From assembly GCA_033764315.1 (NCBI GenBank), contig JANRJA010000081.1, positions 1 through 24,379 on the forward strand: a DNA stretch of 24,379 nucleotides. Reading direction: 5' to 3'. The position numbers were made by a program, and so were the translations under genes. Of the stretch, positions 1-7,605 are shown piece after piece. The notes under the pieces are model-generated. The model saw only the letters and a program-made list of their open reading frames with translations, was not told where the DNA came from and did not search any database. Within the stretch, counting starts at the first letter, position 1, and the number at the start of each line of letters is the position of its first letter. This DNA is from Oculatellaceae cyanobacterium bins.114. GTDB taxonomy: Bacteria > Cyanobacteriota > Cyanobacteriia > Elainellales > Elainellaceae.

Positions 1-116
1 GGCGACTCAAGTCGCAGCTACACGAACAAAACCTGCCTCCGCAGGTTACAAAAAGCCTAGATTGGCTTGAGTCCGCGACGGCGGACTTTGTTTTTGTAGT
101 CGCGGTTTTAACCGCC
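1..116. repeat. ~115-bp four-hairpin REP/REPIN-like dispersed repeat, copy A
   Basis: Hairpins GCGACT-CA-AGTCGC, AACCTGC-CTCC-GCAGGTT, AGTCCGC-GACG-GCGGACT and GCGGTT-TT-AACCGC, with CTAC/GTAG tetramers next to the outer hairpins. Aligns end to end with 24058-24171. Confidence 0.8.
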
Positions 117-162
117 AAAAACTTCTCAGACATCCTCTAAGACTTTTGCCGAAGATTTCAGT

Positions 163-3100
163 CTAGGAAGAGGCAAACCCAGGCTGATCTGGAAACCGAA
201 TCGCACCGTTAGACTTGATGGTTTTAGGGGTTAGAGAATCGGGCGACCCCTCGCGGGTATCTCGAAGAGATCGCAATCTCAGCTCAACCAACAACTTTTT
301 CACTTGAGCTGCCACAAGTGGATCGGGGTCATCCTTCAGCATCGGCAACAGTTCGCGCAGGGCTCGTGGTGAAGCAATTCTGAGGTATCCCAAGACGGCC
401 TCACGCACAAACCCAGTAGGATGCTGTAAGCCAAAAACGGCTTGTTCTGTTGTGACCCCCCAACGAGAGTGTCGTGCCACATGAAAACAACACGCTAATG
501 CCCAATCTGAGAGGAAATGCCGCAGCTCTAGTAATTGGCGTATCCGCTGGCTTGGCTTCATTGGGGTATACGCCATGTAATCTGATAGGCTCTCTAGCTT
601 TTCGAGGTCACTGCGGCGATCGAGAATAATCAGAACGGCTCGTTTTCCAGGAATATCTAAGGTGTTATCTAAAATTTCTAATCCGCGTGCCACGTTTTCA
701 CCAGAGCCAGATTGCAAATTAAAATCAGCGGCTTTAATCGCACTAGAAGGGTACAAAAAGCGCATCAACAAAAACAGACGTTGAATGGCATCTGACCGCA
801 TGTTTAAAAGAGCTCGCTGCAACAAATCAGCTTCCATTCCAGCGACCTGATTGGGGTCAAAATCAATCAGACTGGCATAGATTTGTCCTATAAATCGGAG
901 TTCTTGGTTGATCAAATTCTCAATGCCGCTGCGACCCAAAGTATCTGAAACAGCATCAATGCCAGACTCTCTGGGCAGATGCAACAAGATTCGCAGAAGG
1001 TTGCGGCGCATTGAGCCCCAGGCTGTCATTAAATGAGAGACGAGGGCATCTAAGGCTTCGATTGTGCCAATTTGCCCAATCGTGCTCCAGGCACTAGTTC
1101 TCACTAACTCTGGCTTATGAACATCTTCACCTAGCTTCACTAGCATAGGAATTGCCTCATTTTCAAGCCGCACCAAGGCTTGCATAGCAGCCTCCCGAGT
1201 TGATTTGTAGTGCAACCCTTTTAACAATGAAGGATAGTATTCATCTAAATGAGTCGCGGCGATCGCCTCTAACAAAGCACAGCGCACCCGCAACGACTCA
1301 TCCTGCAACAACCGCTCAATGTGGAGTCGCAGCGATTGCATGTAAACGGCTTCCCCTAAAGCTCGACAACCCATCACCCGTTCTCGTTCTCGCTCATGGG
1401 TCAGCATTCGTCGGAGAGTTTCAGTAGCTTCTGCCTTTTGCTGACCATCTCCTCGTCTTAAGATAATCGAGGCAGCCGTTCCACGTACCACTGGATCTTC
1501 GCTGGGGTGCAAGTAGGGGCGCAGTTCCCCAATATCAGCATTTTCCTCCGTCAACCAAACATAGCGTAAAGCCATTGCTAAAACTTCGGGTCGTGGAGAC
1601 TGATTAATTAACGCTTTCACCTGATCTAGATAAACCAGACTAGGATACACCATCATTTCTTCTAAACTTTGGCGTTGCAGCGAGGGTGGCAGTTTACTCA
1701 GCAACGGTGCCAACACTTCACCTAAGTTTTTAGGATCAATATGGCTCAATAACTCAATACACGATCGCTTATCCGCTTCAGTGCCAGGTTGATCTAACGC
1801 TTCAACAACGGCTCGCTTGAGTTCTCGCAGGTCAACGTCTGAGACACTAAGTTGACCTCGTTCGGCACTGAGCACCAACAACCCGACATATTGGGTTCGC
1901 AAAAACCAGATACAGGCAAACCAGAGCACAGCAAGAATAACAATGGTAATCAAAATATCTTGTCTACCCTGCATTTGCACCCCAGCTTGTTGGGTGAGCC
2001 ATACCAGTCCTAAAATGGCTAATCCTGTTGCGCCGGTTGACAAGGGTTCTGCGATCCCCCTGACTACGGCTTGCAACCCACCCCTCATCATGTCTGGAAT
2101 TGGTTGAAATAAGACTGGCCCAATGCTGGCAAAGAGGGTGTAGTGTAACAGCTCGTCTAAAAACTTCAGCAACGTCAAACTAAAGAACAGCAGAGGAGCT
2201 TGTCCAAAACCTGTTAAAAGAATAGTTGTTGATAAGGTTCCAAGTACAGCGATCACCCCTGGCAACAACATCGCTGACGCAAATACACCAATCCCCTCAA
2301 TGACACGGCTTGAGGCTAGCCATTGCATGAGCAACTCACAAATGCCCAAAACCCCGTTAAACAAACCCAAAAATCCAGCAATTTGACTGGCACTCAGTTC
2401 GCCCCCTTGAGGACCAGACTGTTGTTGCAGTTGACTTAAAAATTGAAAATCAACTAGCAAAAACAAGACCTGCGCCAGGATAAAGAACACAAACAAAAAC
2501 AAGACATAGCGTCGCAAAGGCCCTTGAAGGCGACGATTGGTAAAGTCAGGTTGTCGCTCTTGTAATCGTCGTCGAGGTGAATCAGGAAAGGCTTGTTGAT
2601 AGGTTTGACAGAGATACAACAAAATTCCTGCGCCGATCAGCATTAAGCCAAACGCCAACAAAATGACGTTGCTCAGGTTTTGAACGACTCGCACCAGCAA
2701 CTGCAAGGAAAAGCCACTCAAAACATCTGCCACCAAAATGCCACTGCTGATGAGAGGATAGGCCCGTTTGATTTCCCGAATGTTAAAGAGTTGGTTTGCT
2801 GTAATAGATGTGTTGAGGTCATGGAGGACATAAACTGCCTCTAGCCACAATCGCATGACAAAGATAGTGGCTCCAACGGCCGTCAAACCAGCAATTAATG
2901 GAATGGTATCTTCTCCACCCAGCCCAATCCGAAACCCCAAAATTGGGAACGCCATTAACAAAGCAACAATGACAATGACCCACCGCAATGGCAAGATCTT
3001 TTGTAACCGAGAATAGACGAAACCCAGGAAAGAGCCAGTACCCGCACTGACAACGTAAATCCAGGGAAGCCAATACTCAACGTTATATCGATCTAGAAAT

Positions 3101-3267
3101 AGAGCAACGGTGCTGGCTTCAAACCATACCAGCCCCATTGAGGTAGTGGTATAAAAAGCAAACATTAAAAAAGTTCGTTCGCTTTCTTCTGGTCGGAGAT
3201 TTAACCAGCGCAACAATCCCCGTCCCCAAAACCCTTCACCTGTTGTAGACCACCGATTGAGTTCCAT
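163..3267 (-). CDS. MFS-fold NTT/TLC (ATP/ADP translocase-like) membrane protein fused to C-terminal HEAT repeats
   Basis: 1034-aa ORF. The N-terminal ~460 aa have about 12 hydrophobic segments and NTT-like motifs (LRPEE, ANQLFNIREIKRAYPLI). The C-terminal half is helical with HEAT-like units (EDPVVRGTAA, DESLRVRCALLEAI, DDPDPLVAAQV). Confidence 0.75.
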   Translation of the reverse strand: MELNRWSTTGEGFWGRGLLRWLNLRPEESERTFLMFAFYTTTSMGLVWFEASTVALFLDRYNVEYWLPWIYVVSAGTGSFLGFVYSRLQKILPLRWVIVIVALLMAFPILGFRIGLGGEDTIPLIAGLTAVGATIFVMRLWLEAVYVLHDLNTSITANQLFNIREIKRAYPLISSGILVADVLSGFSLQLLVRVVQNLSNVILLAFGLMLIGAGILLYLCQTYQQAFPDSPRRRLQERQPDFTNRRLQGPLRRYVLFLFVFFILAQVLFLLVDFQFLSQLQQQSGPQGGELSASQIAGFLGLFNGVLGICELLMQWLASSRVIEGIGVFASAMLLPGVIAVLGTLSTTILLTGFGQAPLLFFSLTLLKFLDELLHYTLFASIGPVLFQPIPDMMRGGLQAVVRGIAEPLSTGATGLAILGLVWLTQQAGVQMQGRQDILITIVILAVLWFACIWFLRTQYVGLLVLSAERGQLSVSDVDLRELKRAVVEALDQPGTEADKRSCIELLSHIDPKNLGEVLAPLLSKLPPSLQRQSLEEMMVYPSLVYLDQVKALINQSPRPEVLAMALRYVWLTEENADIGELRPYLHPSEDPVVRGTAASIILRRGDGQQKAEATETLRRMLTHERERERVMGCRALGEAVYMQSLRLHIERLLQDESLRVRCALLEAIAATHLDEYYPSLLKGLHYKSTREAAMQALVRLENEAIPMLVKLGEDVHKPELVRTSAWSTIGQIGTIEALDALVSHLMTAWGSMRRNLLRILLHLPRESGIDAVSDTLGRSGIENLINQELRFIGQIYASLIDFDPNQVAGMEADLLQRALLNMRSDAIQRLFLLMRFLYPSSAIKAADFNLQSGSGENVARGLEILDNTLDIPGKRAVLIILDRRSDLEKLESLSDYMAYTPMKPSQRIRQLLELRHFLSDWALACCFHVARHSRWGVTTEQAVFGLQHPTGFVREAVLGYLRIASPRALRELLPMLKDDPDPLVAAQVKKLLVELRLRSLRDTREGSPDSLTPKTIKSNGAIRFPDQPGFASS

Positions 3268-3500
3268 GCAGCTTTGCGTGTGTGCTTTTTAACCGGGAGT
3301 GCCGATTGCCTCCATTAAACATGGTCTAGAGCAATTACGAGCAACTTCCGGTGATTTTGGCTAATTTTTCGATGATTGACAGATTATTTCTGTGAATAGA
3401 CTTCTTCTCTTAGGTTAAGAAGAACTCAGACTGAGAATGCCCATATCCCTGTTACATGCGATCGCCACCCTGAGGATTTTACGGAATTAAGTTTCAGCCG

Positions 3501-4457
3501 TTACGCCTGTTCATAACTTTCATAAGCCGTAACAATCCGCTGTACCAGGGAGTGACGCACCACATCCGCTTTTGATAAGTGACAAAAGGCAATGCCCTCA
3601 ACCTGTTGCAAAATACGCTGTGCCACCACTAACCCTGACGATTGGTGAGAGGGCAAATCAGTTTGAGTCGTATCGCCTGTAACCACCATGCGAGAGCGAA
3701 AGCCCAAACGGGTCAACACCATCTTCATTTGTGCAGGAGTGGTGTTTTGTGCCTCATCTAGGATGATAAAGGCATTATTTAAGGTACGCCCGCGCATGTA
3801 GGCCAGAGGAGCGACCTCAATAATGCCTCGCTCCATCAAGCCCGCAATCTTTTCGGGATCTGTCATTTCATACAATGCGTCATAGAGCGGACGCAGGTAA
3901 GGATTGACCTTTTGCTGCAAATCTCCTGGCAAAAAGCCCAATTTTTCACCAGCTTCAACGGCGGGTCGTGTCAAAATCAACCGCTCATATTGATTAGACA
4001 ACAGAGCTTGAACAGCTAAGACAGCCGCTAAAAAGGTTTTGCCCGTGCCAGCAGGGCCAATACAAAAGGTCAGGTCATGTGTCCGAATAGCCTGCACATA
4101 TTGTCGTTGCCGAAACGTTTTTGCCCGAATGTCTTCCCCACGACGGGTACGTCCTACGACATCTTGCTGCAAGGCTTGCAGATCATCTTGGCGTTGAGTA
4201 TCGAGGGCATGGCGAGCCGTCAAAATATCAACACTCGTAATACTTTTGCCGCTACCCCAATAGGGTTCAAGCGATCGCACCAGTCGTTCACTTAACTCGA
4301 CCTGATGTTCAGTCCCCGAAATCAACAATTCCTGACCCCGCAGCACAATCGAGGCCCCGGTTTGCTGAGCCAGTTGCTTTAAATTTTCTTCACGCTGTCC
4401 TGCGAGGGCGATCGCACTCTCAGGATTTGGCAGTCCAATTGTTCTTGATGTTCCCAT
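3501..4457 (-). CDS. phoH: PhoH family ATPase
   Basis: Walker A GPAGTGKT, LILTRPAVEAGEKLGFLPGDL, PLAYMRGRTL, ILDEAQN, TGDTTQTDLP and DVVRH motifs. Confidence 0.95.
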   Translation of the reverse strand: MGTSRTIGLPNPESAIALAGQREENLKQLAQQTGASIVLRGQELLISGTEHQVELSERLVRSLEPYWGSGKSITSVDILTARHALDTQRQDDLQALQQDVVGRTRRGEDIRAKTFRQRQYVQAIRTHDLTFCIGPAGTGKTFLAAVLAVQALLSNQYERLILTRPAVEAGEKLGFLPGDLQQKVNPYLRPLYDALYEMTDPEKIAGLMERGIIEVAPLAYMRGRTLNNAFIILDEAQNTTPAQMKMVLTRLGFRSRMVVTGDTTQTDLPSHQSSGLVVAQRILQQVEGIAFCHLSKADVVRHSLVQRIVTAYESYEQA

Positions 4458-4476
4458 CTAATGTTGTAAATCAGAA

Positions 4477-4515
4477 AACGCCTGAATTCCTGCTTCATTT
4501 GGGATTCCAGGCGTT
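4477..4515 (-). terminator. Stem-loop between rpsU and phoH (possible terminator or processing hairpin)
   Basis: AACGCCTG...CAGGCGTT arms with further inner pairing, followed on the minus strand by TTCTGATTT (weak U tract). Confidence 0.45.
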
Positions 4516-4576
4516 CTAGTTATAATGTCTTCAGTCTAACCTGTTGTTACCAGGGTTGACACGCTCATAAAAAGCT

Positions 4577-4750
4577 TTAGAAACGGCGTTTGCGAGCCGC
4601 TTCGACTTTCTTCTTGCGACGCAAGCTAGGTTTTTCATAACGCTCTCGCCGTCTTACTTCAAATAAGATGCCAGCTTTTTGGATTTTCTTTTTAAAGCGT
4701 CTTAATGCCGATTCAATAGATTCATTTTCACCTAAACGAACCTCTGCCAC
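4577..4750 (-). CDS. rpsU: 30S ribosomal protein S21 (57 aa, GTG start; absent from ORF track)
   Basis: Manual translation gives [57 protein letters not shown], with the ALRRFKK and YEKPS bS21 signatures and a strong SD upstream. Confidence 0.96.
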   Translation of the reverse strand: MAEVRLGENESIESALRRFKKKIQKAGILFEVRRRERYEKPSLRRKKKVEAARKRRF

Positions 4751-4759
4751 TGGTAATTG

Positions 4760-4770
4760 TCACCTCCTTA
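4760..4770 (-). promoter_or_regulatory. Extended Shine-Dalgarno of rpsU (TAAGGAGGTGA)
   Basis: Plus strand TCACCTCCTTA at 4760-4770, 9 nt from the GTG start. Confidence 0.85.
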
Positions 4771-4813
4771 GATCAAAACTGGTGATATCCATGCTACCTG
4801 ACGACTGCTCCCT

Positions 4814-4848
4814 AAAAAAACAGGAACTATCTTCTTTCATAGAGGATA
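4814..4848 (-). terminator. Possible terminator after khpA
   Basis: Minus strand CTATCCTCT-ATGAA-AGAAGATAG stem (one mismatch) followed by TTCCTGTTTTTTT. Confidence 0.4.
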
Positions 4849-4870
4849 GAGTCATAAGATATAGAACTTC

Positions 4871-5254
4871 TCAATTTCGATGAGGTCGAGGAGGACGACG
4901 AGGCTGAGAACGAGGTGAGCTGGGTCTTTCCTCTGAGCCGCCCTCACGTCCTGCCGTCTGACTACCATAGATATCTAGATGAACCGAGTAACCGGATATC
5001 TGAGCGACGGCCTGCAACACCGTGCGAATCGCCTGGATATTTCGCCCACCTCGCCCAAACACTCGACCTTTATCTTCCCCTTCAAACGCTACGCGAATGA
5101 GTACTCGTGATTTGCGAGGAGAGACTTCACAATCTACCTTAAGAGATTCGGGAGATTCTAAAAAAGGCTCCATCAAAAACCTGACTAATCCTATGTAGTT
5201 TGGATTAGACGTTGATGCTTGTGGAGTGGGTTGGGTAGGGGCTAAATCAGGCAC
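4871..5254 (-). CDS. khpA: KH-domain RNA-binding protein (KhpA/YlqC family)
   Basis: DKGRVFGRGGRNIQAIRTVL GxxG KH motif; conserved position immediately downstream of rpsP. Confidence 0.88.
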   Translation of the reverse strand: MPDLAPTQPTPQASTSNPNYIGLVRFLMEPFLESPESLKVDCEVSPRKSRVLIRVAFEGEDKGRVFGRGGRNIQAIRTVLQAVAQISGYSVHLDIYGSQTAGREGGSEERPSSPRSQPRRPPRPHRN

Positions 5255-5277
5255 GACTAAATGAGATGCGAATAAAC

Positions 5278-5532
5278 TCAGGCATTAACTTGAACTTGTT
5301 CAAGAATATTAGCTTTTTTGAGAAGACGAAGCACCGTTTCAGTCGGTTGTGCTCCTTCCTGCAATCGTTTGATGATTGCTTCTTCTTTTAACTTCACTTC
5401 ATCTGTTCTGGGGTTATAAAACCCTAACTCTTCTAATGGGCGACCATCGCGGCGAGTTGTACTGAGTGCCGCTACGATCCGGTAGCTCGCTTCCCGTTTT
5501 TTGCCGTACCGCTTCAAGCGAAGTTTAATCAT
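5278..5532 (-). CDS. rpsP: 30S ribosomal protein S16
   Basis: [12 protein letters not shown]...YRIV...[15 protein letters not shown]...GAQPTETV. Start set to the ATG at 5532, not the ORF-track start at 5562. Confidence 0.97.
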   Translation of the reverse strand: MIKLRLKRYGKKREASYRIVAALSTTRRDGRPLEELGFYNPRTDEVKLKEEAIIKRLQEGAQPTETVLRLLKKANILEQVQVNA

Positions 5533-5719
5533 GCCTGAAAATTGTGCTCCTGTAACCTTCAAAATACCTGTTAAGCTTCAATCAAAAAGATTGGCGATCG
5601 CTTTTACGTGCCAATCATTCTTAAATTTTAGACATTGGATTCATTATCATACCACTGGTTAGCAGAGAAAATTTGAGGCTGTGATCCTAAAAACCTGCAA
5701 CCCAGAGATTTATCAACCG

Positions 5720-7192
5720 TTATAGCGTACCAAATCCTTTCTTCTTTTTCTCTTTTTTCTTTTTCTTGGGTGGTGCTCCCCCTCCGGGATAGCCCCGCCA
5801 ACCCGCAGGCGTACCCCGTGGATTCCCCATCGCGGGTGCCCCACCTCCACCAAACATGCCGCCCATTCCTGGCATTCCTGGCATTCCAGGAAATTGCCCC
5901 TGACTCATTTGTTGCATTAGCGATCGCATCTTTTGAAAATCGCTAACAAGTTTGCTGACATCTTCTAACCCATAGCCTGCCCCTTTAGCAATGCGACGAC
6001 GGCGACTGGGAGACCCTGACAACAGATCAGGATTTTTTCGCTCCTCAACCGTCATTGAGTTAATCATGGCCTCAGCTCGTTTGAGTTGAGTTTCGCCCTG
6101 CTCTAACTGCTCACTTGACAGCTTATTCATACCAGGGATCATTTTAATGATTCCACCGAGCGACCCCATCGACTTCAACATCCGGGTTTGCTTCAAAAAG
6201 TCAGTGAAGTCAAACTTGGCAGACATGATCTTTTCTTGCAGCTTCTCCGCCTCTGCAAAATCTACCTCTTCCTGAGCTTTTTCTACCAGCGTCAGCACAT
6301 CCCCCATTCCCAAAATGCGAGATGCCATGCGATCAGGGTAGAAAGGTTGTAAGGCTTCTACCTTTTCGCCTACCCCAACAAACTTAATGGGTTGTCCTGA
6401 GATGCGCCGCACCGAAAGGGCTGCCCCACCCCGAGTATCGCCATCCATCTTGGTAAGAATGGCTCCGGTAATGCCGATTTGATCATGAAAGGTGCGTGTC
6501 AAGTTAGCTGCTTCTTGACCCGTCATCGCGTCCACCACTAGCAGCACCTCATGGGGCTGCACGGTTGCTTTGATCTGAGCTAGCTCAGCCATCATGTCTT
6601 GGTCGATTTGCAAGCGTCCGGCGGTGTCAATAATGACGGTGTCCACACCATCGGCTTTAGCTTTGGCGACCCCCTGGCGGGCAATCTCCACGGGGTCTGC
6701 ATCCGATCCCATTTCAAATACAGGGACATTAATCTGTTTGCCCAGGGTGATCAATTGGTCGATGGCAGCAGGACGGTAGACATCGGTTGCCACCAGCAAG
6801 GTTTCTCGGTTTTGCTTGCGCAGATGGAGTGCAAGTTTAGCGGTGGCAGTGGTTTTCCCAGTTCCTTGAAGCCCTGCCATTAAGACGATTGTCGGGGCTT
6901 CTGTTGCTTCTGCCAGGGGAACGTTGGTTTCCCCCATGACGCCAACTAACTCGTCATGGACGATTTTAATAAATTGCTGATCGGGACGAACACCTGAAAT
7001 TACCTCAGCCCCTTCAGCTTTGGTTTGCACATCAGCGACAAAATCTTTAACGACCTGGAGATTAACATCTGCCTCTAATAGGGCACGACGAACCTCGCGC
7101 AATGCCTCTTGAATATTGGCTTCCGAGATCTTGTCCTGTCCTCGCAGCTTTTTCCAAGCAGATTCTAGGCGATCGGATAGGGCTTCAAACAT
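5720..7192 (-). CDS. ffh: Signal recognition particle protein Ffh
   Basis: MFEALSDRL start, GLQGTGKTT, DTAGRLQ, TKMDGDTRGGAALS and Met-rich M domain. Start set to the ATG at 7192. Confidence 0.97.
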   Translation of the reverse strand: MFEALSDRLESAWKKLRGQDKISEANIQEALREVRRALLEADVNLQVVKDFVADVQTKAEGAEVISGVRPDQQFIKIVHDELVGVMGETNVPLAEATEAPTIVLMAGLQGTGKTTATAKLALHLRKQNRETLLVATDVYRPAAIDQLITLGKQINVPVFEMGSDADPVEIARQGVAKAKADGVDTVIIDTAGRLQIDQDMMAELAQIKATVQPHEVLLVVDAMTGQEAANLTRTFHDQIGITGAILTKMDGDTRGGAALSVRRISGQPIKFVGVGEKVEALQPFYPDRMASRILGMGDVLTLVEKAQEEVDFAEAEKLQEKIMSAKFDFTDFLKQTRMLKSMGSLGGIIKMIPGMNKLSSEQLEQGETQLKRAEAMINSMTVEERKNPDLLSGSPSRRRRIAKGAGYGLEDVSKLVSDFQKMRSLMQQMSQGQFPGMPGMPGMGGMFGGGGAPAMGNPRGTPAGWRGYPGGGAPPKKKKKEKKKKGFGTL

Positions 7193-7439
7193 GAGAATAG
7201 GCTCTGATGCAGTAAATATCGTTATCAATCCATTCTAGAAGTTAAGGTCAGGAGTTTTACGAAGTCATAGGCGATCGCCCCCAAATCTATCGATGAAAAC
7301 TCTGCTTACCTCAATTTCCGATATTTCCCGCAGGTTAGATTTTGCAGCCTGTTATAAGATGAAACGGGTTATTTATGGTCGCATCGTCTATGGGTCATGG
7401 CTGAGGATGTCTCTTGACCACTGCCCAATCGTGCCCAAT

Positions 7440-7494
7440 AAAAAAAGGGAGAGCCATTTGATTAACTCTCCCTACCATCAGGGTGCATCTACTT
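7440..7494 (-). ncRNA. Candidate ~55-nt small RNA, NsiR1-like
   Basis: Minus strand AGTAGATGCACCCTGATGGT, then AGGGAGAG-TTAATCAAATGG-CTCTCCCT and a T run (intrinsic terminator). A -10-like CATAAT (7500-7505) lies 6-7 nt upstream. The 5' motif matches my recollection of the NsiR1 conserved 5' end. Confidence 0.6.
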
Positions 7495-7499
7495 ATCAC

Positions 7500-7536
7500 A
7501 TTATGCCATTAGGGGTATGGGGGGTGTCACCCCCTA
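7500..7536 (-). promoter_or_regulatory. Promoter of candidate sRNA with GGGGG-N5-CCCCC palindrome (HetR-box-like)
   Basis: TGGCATAAT extended -10-like element; GGGGG-TGTCA-CCCCC at 7520-7534, centred about 34 nt upstream of the inferred start. Confidence 0.45.
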
Positions 7537-7551
7537 AATGAAAGTTTTTGC

Positions 7552-7584
7552 AAAAAAAACCAGGGTTTTTGTAAATTTCCCTGG
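7552..7584 (-). terminator. Probable intrinsic terminator of gatB
   Basis: Minus strand CCAGGG-N13-CCCTGG followed by T8, about 20 nt after the gatB stop. Confidence 0.55.
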
Positions 7585-7605
7585 AATTTCTGGTTTTGGC
7601 ATGGA

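Noticed and set aside
4668-4883. 71-aa plus-strand ORF
   Set aside because: It is the antisense shadow of rpsU, which is the real gene on the minus strand.
5750-5900. GMP repeats and poly-Lys tail of Ffh
   Set aside because: A low-complexity tail of this kind is usual for cyanobacterial Ffh.
7293-7541. 82-aa plus-strand ORF between ffh and gatB
   Set aside because: No recognisable motif; it runs antisense through the sRNA terminator and promoter, which explain the sequence better.
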